Of a stretch of 64,000 nt of DNA, positions 53,909 through 64,000 are shown piece after piece. Each line of letters begins with the position of its first letter. Position 1 is the stretch's first letter. The DNA lies in NCBI RefSeq assembly GCF_006345805.1, contig NC_043015.1, positions 30,132,001 to 30,196,000 on the forward strand, written 5' to 3'. The position numbers and the translations under genes were made by a program. The stretch is from Octopus sinensis (Eukaryota). The notes under the pieces are model-generated. The model did not search any database. It saw only the letters and a program-made list of their open reading frames with translations, and was not told the DNA's origin.

Positions 53909-53997
53909 AACATTGTGTACAGTGCTCAGGTACACTACAACTTATACAACTATATATATATATATATACGAGAAAGAAGCAACAAGAATGGATTAGT

Positions 53998-54088
53998 TTT
54001 TAGTACAATTGTTTCATACAAAGACAGGCTTTATTACAAGTTGCAAAAATTGCAGCAGATAAAAGTGTCCCGTACTCATCAGCTAAGA
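53998..54088 (-). ncRNA. Type I minimal hammerhead ribozyme, inverted copy
   Basis: Minus strand reads TCTTAG-CTGATGA-GTACGGGAC...GTCTTTGTAT-GAAAC-AATT-GTA-CTAAAA. Same fold as the + copy with a better-paired stem II and one stem I mismatch. Confidence 0.75.
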
Positions 54089-54496
54089 TACATTTGAGTT
54101 CTCTAGACATCTTAGTGGGTGAGGTTATACTCATGAAATATTGGAGATAGTTCCATTAGAGGCAGATATAGGTTGTAAACAGTTTTCCAAAGTTCCTTAA
54201 TGATGATACACAGTCTTATCACAGATTTTTAAAAACTTATTAGTTTCGAAGAGAAGATGAATCAATCCATAGTGTAGATTTAAATTTCCAAAGTCTGGAA
54301 ATTTAAATCTACACTATGGATTGATTCATCTTCTCTTCGAAACTAATAAGTTTTTAAAAATCTGTGATAAGACTGTGCATCATCATTAAGGAACTTTGGA
54401 AAACTGTTTACAACCTATATCTGCCTCTAATGGAACTATCTCCATATTTCATGAGTATAACCTCACCCACTAAGATGTCTAGAGAACTCAAATGTA

Positions 54497-54586
54497 TTTT
54501 AGCTGATGAGTATGGGACACTTTTATCTGCTGCAATTTTTGCAACTTGTAATAAAGCCGTCTTTGTGTGAAACAATTGTACTAAAA
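54497..54586 (+). ncRNA. Type I minimal hammerhead ribozyme (Penelope/retrozyme-like)
   Basis: Stem I TTTTAG (54497-54502) pairs with CTAAAA (54581-54586). Core CTGATGA at 54503-54509. Long stem II closed by GTATGGGAC/GTCTTTGTGT (many G-U pairs). GAAAC-AATT-GTA gives a minimal stem III with a palindromic loop and a GUA cleavage triplet. Confidence 0.75.
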
Positions 54587-56098
54587 ACTAATCCATTCTT
54601 GTTGCTTCTTTCTCGTTTATAATCACCCCCACATTACTGTATGGATAACACCATATAGTTTTTCTTGTGGTGCATCTAAGTTAAGTACCACATTCAAGTA
54701 AATTCATTGGAATTACTTGAATCTTAATTGCTTTGATTATATATATTATATATCCTCAGCTACATCATATAAAAAAGGGCAGAGGTGCCGCCTAGCAACA
54801 AGTTGCTTGACCACATACCGAAAATTTTAGAAATAGCAGCCAAAAGACTACTATTTCCTTTTCTACAAAAATGTCTCAACAGACAACAATATATATACAT
54901 ACATATATATATATGCATACTATAATTATAATATATATATATATAATATATATATAATATAATATATATATTACATACATATATAAAATTATATATATAT
55001 ATATATATATATACATAAATATATATATATTATAATATATGTGTATGTATATGTGTGAGATACCTAAATATATATACCTACACATACACCCAAACATACA
55101 TTTACATATATATATATATGTGAAGATACCTATATATATATACATACACATACACACAATACATACATACATACATACATATATATATATATATATTATA
55201 TATGTATGTATTGTGTGTATGTGTATGTATATATATATATAGGTTATCTTCACACATATACATACACACATACACAATGTTTGCACATAAATAGATTACT
55301 ATGCACTCCCACACAGACGCCTATAACACCAATGTTTACAAGTATAATAATAAATACTAGTGACTTCCTATCTGAACAATAACGCCAAGTTGGTTTCTAG
55401 CGTAAACAACATTGATCCAGAAAAGCCACCAACTGTTGCCTTTCCGTTGTTGTTTGACAAGTTAGAATCAGTAGCCAAATATCCACCAAATAGCAAATGC
55501 TCTTTCTGTCTTCGTAAACACGATACATTGAATCAGTGTTCCTCAGCCATTTTTTGCCCATGGACCCCTTTGATTCCTATTTTACACGGATGGACCCTCC
55601 TGGCCATTTGATGTTTGATATATACTCTTTTACTCTTTTACTTGTTTCAGTCATTTGACTGCGGCCATGCTGGAGCACCGCCTTTAGTCGAGCAAATCGA
55701 CCCCGGGACTTATTCTTTTTGTAAGCCCAGTACTTATTCTATCGGTCTCTTTTTGCCGAACCGCTAAGTAACGGGGACATAAACACACCAGCATCGGTTA
55801 TCAAGCAATGCTAGCGGGACAAACACAAACACACAAACACACACATACATATATATACATATATACGACAGGCTTCTTTCAGTTTCCGTCTACCAAATCC
55901 ACTCACAAGGCATTGGTTGGCCCGGGGCTGTAGCAGAAGACACTTGCCCAAGATGCCACGCAGTGGGACTGAACCCGGAACCATGTGGTTGGTTAGCAAG
56001 CTACTTACCACACAGCCACTCCTGTGGCAAATATATATATATTTATAATTAAATATCATTAGAAATTGTATTTAAAAAATTTTTCTAAGTATTTTGTG

Positions 56099-56409
56099 GG
56101 ATCTTTTCACTTTGACCGGCAGATTTTTAAAATAATTTCTTTGTAACTAAACACTTTTAAACACCGCCAGAAAATGTTGTTGTCAAACTACGGCAGAAAT
56201 TGTATTCACCTCAATAGACGTCATTGATTGGTTGAAATTACCGAAATGCAAGAAATTAAACAAGAAATAGCTTACAAACTACAGAATTTTCTCAAGAAAG
56301 CCAAGAGAAAAAGATGTTTTATGTAACACACTACCAGTATACGAAGTTTAAAAGTGTTTAGTTACAAAGAAATTATTTTAAAAATCTGCTGGTCAAAGTG
56401 ATAAGATCC
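56099..56409. mobile_element. Merlin-like MITE (GG...CC ends, 8-bp TSD)
   Basis: TIRs of ~63 bp, ggatcttttcactttgacc...ggtcaaagtgataagatcc. TSD attttgtg at 56091 and 56410. Nested in a hAT-like MITE at ~55533-56507. Confidence 0.8.
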
Positions 56410-57862
56410 ATTTTGTGTACTGTTGAAGCATAACCAATTTACTGAGTTAAATTTTAAGGACAAAATCTTTCCTCCAAGCCTCATATGGTTCCCGGTTGAG
56501 GACCACTGAATGATATTAATACGGGGCACTCATGCTACTTTCACTTTATCAAAACTTTTAACTTGTTATCAGATTCTTTTGGAGTCTGTCCCGCATTCAA
56601 CTTGTGCTTATTTTGGGATATTTTGCGGAGTAATTAAAAAAATATTTCTTCTGTTGCCGAATTTTTTTGTGCTCTTTTTAAATAATTTCAATTGCTTTTC
56701 GTATTTTTTTTTTTGCTTTTATAATTAGCTTTTGTTCTTCTTAATTCAAATGTGAATATTATTTTATAAATAACGAAATTTTCCAGGCCTATAGCATACC
56801 AACAAATTCACCTTTGATAATTTTTGTTTTCTTTAAATTATACCAGTATCCCTGGAAAATTTCCTTTCATTGAAAAATATTCATTTAACAAATTCTAGGA
56901 GGGAAACGCTGGAATAGTTCTCAAAAGTAGTTTTTTTCAGCATAAATATATAACCTACATCATTAAAACGTACGAGGAAATAAAGTTGAGGTGTATGAAA
57001 TTTCCCTTCCCCCCATTTTTTCACATTTAATTCCAGTATAATCGTAATCTACCCCACCAGAAAGATATTTGTACTAAATTACATTTAAAAGTATCCGAGT
57101 GGCTGTGTGGTAAGTAGCTTGCTTACCAACCACATGGTTCCGGGTTCAGTCCCACTGTGTGGCATCTTGGGCAAGTGTCTTCTGCTATAGCCCCGGGCTG
57201 ACCAATGCCTTGTGAGTGGATTTGGTAGACGGAAACTGAAAGAAGCCTGTCGTATATATGTATATATGTGTGTGTTTGTTTGTCTTTGTGTGTCTGTGTT
57301 TGTCCCCCTAGCATTGCTTGACAACCAATGCTGGTGTGTTTACGTCCCCGTCACTTAGCGGTTTGGCAAAAAAGACCGATAGAATAAGTACTAGGCTTAC
57401 AAAGAATAAGTCCCGAGGTCGATTTGCTCGACTAAAGGCGGTGCTCCAGCATGGCCGCAGTCAAATGACTGAAACAAGTAAATGAGTAAAGAGTAAGAGT
57501 AATACACACACACACATATATATATGCATGCATACATACATATATATGTGTGTGTGTCCCCATGTATATATAGATATAGACTTTTCCATTCTTCCCAAGC
57601 ATTAAGCTAATACACCTGCTTGTTGCTCCCCCACCTGTTTTCGTCTTTTGTTTTCTGCAAATTTGAACACCTGTTGCTGGGCTCCAAACAACCATAATGT
57701 TGAAACATGTGTAGGAACCATAATACAAACATGTGTTTAACCTTATTTCTCCTATACTTGCTCTGTAGTTCGTAACTGATACTACTACTCAGTACACAGG
57801 GTACTTAACCATACAGGAAGCAGACTGGATTATGATAATCCGTGTGGACGTCTAAACATAAC

Positions 57863-58096
57863 TATTTCTTTACTACCCACAAGGGGCTAAACACAGAGAG
57901 GACAAACAAGGACAGACAAACTAATTAAGTCGATCATATCAACCCCAGTGTGTGACCGGTATTTAATTTATCGACCCCGAAAGGACGAAAGGCAAAGTCG
58001 ACTTTGACGGAAATTTGAACTCAGAACGCAGCGGTAGATGAAATACCGCTAAGCATTTCACCCGGCGTGCTAACTGTTCTGCCAGCTCGCTGCCTT
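57863..58096 (-). mobile_element. SINE family A with TSD
   Basis: TSD taaacataac on both sides. Confidence 0.85.
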
Positions 58097-58750
58097 AAAC
58101 ATAACAGCAGCAGTCATACATCTATTTGCACACACAAGTTCTTCTGTGTGTGTGTGTGTTTGTACTTGAGTGTGAGCTGTGTCCATCCCACTGTTTATAA
58201 CATCCGCATTATATGTGGTACATAGCCTAAAGATACGCCAAATACCAGCTCTGCTGTCCTATTACAAAAAACTGCAGTACGTAAACTGCACCATAAATTG
58301 CTTACTGTATATTTAGCTGCACCCAATTTGTCTAGCAATGCACATCCAGCAGTATATTGGTGCACTGAAATGCTTTTGCAATATGATATAGTAACCCTGT
58401 TCTTAGCTTATTTTTAGTAACTTATGTCTGTAGTGCGTTGGTGTACCAACAAAATCATTTTCTTATGTACTCTGCAGGAATACACGATCCGGTGTTTAGC
58501 GTTGCTGTCTGGTTAAGAAGCAGTCTTGGTAAACATGTGGTTGTGGGTTTGATTTTGTTGTTTAGAATTTTGGGTATAGTCTTTGGCTATAGTTTCAGGT
58601 TAACAGAAACTTTGTTAGTGAAATTTTGGTAGGCAGAAATTGCGTAGAAGCCCATAATGAGTTTCACTTACTTTCTCTTTCTCTCAAACACAAACACACA
58701 TACACATATATATATATCTTCATACATTCACACACACACACACACTCACA

Positions 58751-58830
<80 letters not shown>

Positions 58831-59236
58831 AGTGGACAAATGAAAGAAGAAGGTACTCAACATCTCAAAATATTTAGTAGGAGTTTTGCAAGCCCCTATA
58901 TATATATATATATATAAACAACATTCAAGCATGGTCATTGCCAGTGCCGCTGGACTGGCTCCCATGCAGGTAGTACGTAAAAACACCTTTTGAGTGTGGT
59001 CATTGCCAGAACCACCAAACTGGCCCTCATGCCGGTGGCATGTAAAAGCACCCACTACACTCTTGGAGTGGTTGGCGTTAAGAAGGGCATCAAGCTGTAG
59101 AAACTTTGCCAGATATGATTGAGCCTGGTGCAGCCTCTGGCTCACCAGTCCTCAGTCAAACTGTCCAACCCATGCCAGCATGGAAAGCAGATGTAAAATG
59201 ATGATGATGATGATGATGATGATATATATTCATACA

Positions 59237-60100
59237 CAGGGTGCAGTGAATAAACTGTTGTCTAAATTATGCGAAAAGGAAAATAACACTGACATCTCAT
59301 TTTAACAGATATATTTACTAAAATTAATTAAAAAATCTTGAAATACTAAAGAGTAAATTTATTCAATAAAGTTGCCATAGGCTTCAACCACAGCCTCCAG
59401 ACGACTTTGGAATCTCCTGCAACTCTTCTGGATGGTTTCTTTGTTTAAGTTGGTGAATGCTGCCATAATCCTTGCCTTCAGTTCATCTTTGGTATAACAA
59501 GGAGTTTCGTTGGTCTCTTGCTCAACTGTCCCCATACATAATAATCATGGGGTTTGCAGTCTGGGGAGTGAGATGGCCAGATGTTAGGGGTGATGTGGTT
59601 GCAGAAATTGTCTGGCAGCTATGACTGGGTTCTCCTACTTGTGTGGCATGGTGCAAATTCCTGTTGCCAGACATGTGGTCTTCCAGTAACCACCCTCTTT
59701 GATCCAGGGCAGCACTACCTCCTCCAGGCACTTGGTGTAGGCCTTCATGTTGAATCTGAGGCTGTGTGGGAAGATGAATGGAGGCATAACGTCGCCATCA
59801 CTAGTGATCACTCCAAACACCAAGATGTTGACTGGATGTTTGATTTTTATCACTCTCGGTACATGTCCTCAGATTGCACTGTCCTCAGATTGACACCCAA
59901 ACATTCTGAAATGCCAAGCAGTACAGCATGTCATTTCCAAATATCAGGCAGAGTAAATTGCGTCATGGTGCTGTTTTTCTCAAAGACAATGCCCGACTGA
60001 CCTTACTATATATGGTGTTGTCAACAGAATCAAAGACAAAGAATGCACATGCGTGAAATTAAAAATAGGAAATGGCAACAATTTTACCCATTGCACCCTG
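59237..60100 (-). mobile_element. Internally deleted DD37D (maT) Tc1/mariner transposon with transposase pseudogene
   Basis: TIRs CAGGGTGCA.TG..TAAA.TGTTG; TA flank intact on the right. Remnant VWQQ(E)FAPCH...WPSHSPDCKPHDYYVWG has exactly 37 residues between catalytic positions 2 and 3. Contains a stop and frameshifts. Confidence 0.88.
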
Positions 60101-60139
60101 TATACACATAGTTGTCTAAAACTCTCTGTCTTTGTTTGT

Positions 60140-60140
60140 A

Positions 60141-60186
<46 letters not shown>

Positions 60187-60294
60187 TGTGTGTGTGTTTG
60201 TTTGTGTTTGTGTGTGTGTTTGTGTGTGTGTGTGTTGTTTGTGTGTGTGTGTGTTTGTGTGTGTGTGTTTTTGTGTGTGTGTTTTTTGTGTGTG

Positions 60295-60346
<52 letters not shown>
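60140..60346. repeat. (GT)n microsatellite
   Basis: Direct inspection. Confidence 0.92.
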
Positions 60347-60349
<3 letters not shown>

Positions 60350-60688
60350 TCTGAGTAAGTTTGTGTCTCTGCATCTTGACATTGTAAACAAGTTTCACTG
60401 TCATAAAAGTGGTGTCATTTCAAATCTTCCATGAAACCATGTGGTCTTGGGGGGAAACTATTTCCTTATTTGAAAACAAATGAGGGCTGGTGATAGGAAG
60501 GGCAGCTGACCATAGAAAATTACAAGTTTTTCATTTAAAGTAATACCATATTAGTAGGGCACCAATAAATGCTTTATTATTATTGCTTGCTTCAGTTTTG
60601 GCCCACAGGCCTAATTAGCCTTCTGCAGGAGCTAGCTTAAAAGTCCTCACAGAGCGCAGCTTTTAAACTAGAATATAATATAATATAT

Positions 60689-61149
60689 ATTTCTTTATTG
60701 CCCACAAGGGGCTAAACATAGAGGGGACAGACAAGGACAGACATAGGTATTAAGTCGATTACATCGACCCCAGTGCATAACTGGTACTTAATTTATCAAC
60801 CCCGAAAGGATGAAAGGCAAAGTCGACCTCGGCGGAATTTGAACTCCGAACGTAACGGCAGACGAAATACGGCTACACATTTCGCCTGGCGTGCTAACGA
60901 TTCTGCCGGCTCGCCAATATATATTTCTTTACTACCCACAAGGGGCTAAACACAGAGGGGACAAACAAGGACAGACAAAGGGATTAAGTCAATTGCATTG
61001 ACTCCAGTGCGTAACTGGTACTTAATGTAACGATCCCGAAAGGATGAAAGGCAAAGTCGACCTCGGTGGAATTTGAACTCCGAACATAACGGCAGACGAA
61101 ATACAGCTACGCATTTCGCCCGGCGTGCTAACGATTCTGCCAGCTCGCC
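60689..61149 (-). mobile_element. Two head-to-tail SINE A copies
   Basis: Full copies at ~60689-60915 and ~60922-61149, joined by aatatata. Confidence 0.88.
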
Positions 61150-64000
61150 AATATAAATACATCAATGTACACCAGGGAAAAAAACTGCTGTTAAAGTGTT
61201 GCATTGATAAAAAAAAAGTGCCTTCTGGTATTTATTTCCCCCCAAGTTACACAGATTCCTCTTTGTAAGTTTTATTTATCCGTGAACCAGTAATTGGACT
61301 GCTTCCAACTGAGACACACTGTCGGTCCCAAATTACAATATAAAATAGAATAAAAGCAAATAAATGCAGCTGGCAATATATATCGCTGCATCTCTGGCGA
61401 CATATAAATGCATTATTACACCATTGCATTTGCATGCAGAATAAGTTTGCACTGAAAATTGCGGTTCTTGTTGTCTGCAATATATTGATGTACAACAAAG
61501 AGACATACATCCCTTTTAGTTATGTATTTGGTTTAGCAATCTGTAATATGCCAATTCACCATATAATGTCATTTATGCTGCCTTATATATAAATATGATG
61601 GACGATTGTGTGATGTGTATGTGTTTGGTGTGTATGTGTGTGGTGTGTATGTGTGTGGTGTGTATGTGTTTGGTGTGTATGTGTGTGCTTGTATGTCTGT
61701 GTTTGTTGTATTTGTATGCGTATGACACTGACTTGTGATTCATCTGCATCTATCTTTTGTATCAATATATACTAAGACTCTTTCGCTTTGTTTCACTGTA
61801 TCTTTCTCCACACACACACACACACATACACATGCATGCACACACACAAAAGCACACACACACATACACGCAAAAGCACACACACACACACACACGCAAA
61901 AGCACACACACACACATGCAAAAGCACTCATGCACACACACGCATTAATGTAGGTATTTGACTTGTGGGAGATATATTTACAATATCATATATCATATTC
62001 AATAACAGATTCCCAATACACAATCATGGATAACCTCTTTCTCTTTTATCTCTTTTGTTTTGTTTGGTAGCTTCCATACAATATCCTGAGATAATGAACG
62101 CAAAATATTCTGGACAACAAAAGTTGCACAAACACACTTGTAACCACACACACACACACACATGCGCGCACACACATACATACATGTGTACACATACAAA
62201 TTTACACACACTCACACACCTATGTGTGTATTTATGTGTGTATACATATTGTAGTGTGATGGAGGAAACGGACAACAGAAAAGAGAAGCAACGGGAGAAA
62301 GAAATACAAAAAGGCCTTACCTCGGCGAAATCAGCGGTCTCTCTCACAAGTTCAACATGTCTTGTCGCTCTGCCCTATTTGCTGGAACTGACCACACATG
62401 CTTCCTGCCCATGCATGCCCCTTTCACTCTTCCACCGGCCCCTGCAAGCCTTACTTCCGCCCACCTCATCTGTCATCCTCTCCACCAACACCACATAGCT
62501 CATCACAGCCCATAACACCGCTAACACCACACATATGTATGTGTTTGTCTAAGTATAAATATATGTACATATATCTCTTGCTCTCCTTTGGCAATCTCAC
62601 AAACTTACCCACCCACTTACTGTTCGCAATCCTTGGTGACATCTTCACATTCTTTTCTCTCTCTCTCCGCTCTCCCTTGCTCTCTTTTCCTCCAATTTAG
62701 ATAGCCATGCAACTCCTTTACTGCAAGACACCCACTCATACTCTAACCTCTGTCCCTCCACTCATACTCTAACCTCTCATCACCTAACACAAAACCACCT
62801 CCCTCAATACTACTCTTCCTTCAGTTGTGGGGTTTTGTCATGTAAGTTATGTGGTGACCCCACTGCTACTGGTACCACATAAAAAGCACTCTGTGCATTT
62901 TATAAAGTGGTTGGCATTAGAAAGGGCTTCCAGCTGAAGAAAACATGCCAAAGCAGACAATAAAGCTTGGAGCAGTTTTCTGATTTGCTAACTCCTGTCA
63001 AACTGGCCAATTCATGCCAGGATGGAAGGAGGACATTAAATGATGATGATGGTACATACATAAAGACCCCTTCGGTCATGAATGACCATGGGATTGCACC
63101 TAGAAAGTTACCCTCTGAGGCACAAGTCTGGGCAAGGTTGTTTCTGGAAGACCAGCAGTCAACCATGTGCACCAGCCTCCCGTCTCCATGCCACCAATGT
63201 TATCTAAGGGAAAGGCAAAGGGACCAATACAGCTTGCCACCAGTGATGTCACAACTCATTTCGTAGCTGAGTGGACTGGAGCAACGTGAAATAAAGTGTC
63301 TTGCTCAAGAACACAACACATAGCCCAGTCCAGGAATTGAACTCACTACCTCTTGATTATGAGCCTGACGCTTTAACCATTGAGTCATGTGCCTTTATAT
63401 GCGCCTTTACCTACATACATACATACATACATATATATACACACACACACACACACTCACACACACACATATATATATACTCACACATGCATGCGCACAT
63501 CCACACAGAATGATAGATAGCTGTGTATGTGTGCATGTATATAGATAGAAAATAGATAGAAAGTTAAGACCCATGGAAAGATACTTATACCTACCTACAT
63601 GTATTCACATTTATATTCCATTATATCTAGCATCTTATTGTTCACCCAACCCCATCCATTCCATAGAATTCTTGTTTGCTTCAATTAACAAGCAGTAAAC
63701 ATATCTAAATATTTAACTTGTTTTCTAGCAAAAGTAACGAACACGGTAATTTTATGAATGCTCATGTGTGTGTGTGTGTATCAAAACCTAATTATTGTGT
63801 AATTTATCTGTCTGTATGTGTATGTCTGTATGCATGAGTATATGAAGATGTGTATGTATGTGTATATCTCTTTAATTATGTGTTAAATCTTATGTCTAAG
63901 TGCAAGTGTGAGCACGTGTGTTTGTTTGTACATGTGTGTGTGTTTGTTTGTGTGCATGTGCATGTGTGCACGTGTCTGTATGCGTTTGCATATATATATT

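Larger units (their letters stand above)
53968..54616. repeat. Long near-perfect inverted repeat (arms ~322 bp, 5-nt spacer), probable inverted pLTR of a Penelope-like element
   Basis: 53968-54290 is the reverse complement of 54296-54616, with about six differences by manual count. Spacer AAGTC. One hammerhead per arm. Confidence 0.9.

Noticed and set aside
54364-54570. 68-aa ORF in the palindrome arm as a Penelope protein fragment
   Set aside because: No RT or GIY-YIG motifs; treated as non-coding.

Overview
Eukaryotic, AT-rich, repeat-saturated genomic DNA. The tRNA-derived SINE families and microsatellite density suggest an octopus (coleoid cephalopod); this is inferred from memory of those families, not from a search. 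The only host gene I can support is the 3' part of a TMEM35/NACHO-family nicotinic acetylcholine receptor chaperone on the + strand: an internal exon at 10098-10233 and the last coding exon at 12487-12719. I could not find its first coding exon in the window. The rest is four SINE families (many copies with target-site duplications), RTE, CR1-like and Tx1/L1-like LINE remnants, a deleted DD37D (maT) Tc1/mariner element, hAT-, piggyBac- and Merlin/MULE-like MITEs, a non-autonomous Helitron, two minisatellites and many microsatellites. Most long ORFs in the track are microsatellite or SINE artefacts. The main findings are: (1) a ~650-bp near-perfect palindrome at 53968-54616 with a minimal type I hammerhead ribozyme in each arm (Penelope pLTR/retrozyme-like); (2) a SINE inserted into the NACHO splice donor, which weakens it and leaves a second donor downstream; (3) a nested inverted SINE pair in the same intron, a candidate ADAR substrate; (4) a template-switch inversion/duplication at ~31.1-31.6 kb; (5) repeated tandem amplification of one LINE family's 3' end. 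Only representative repeat copies are listed, and repeat boundaries are approximate.
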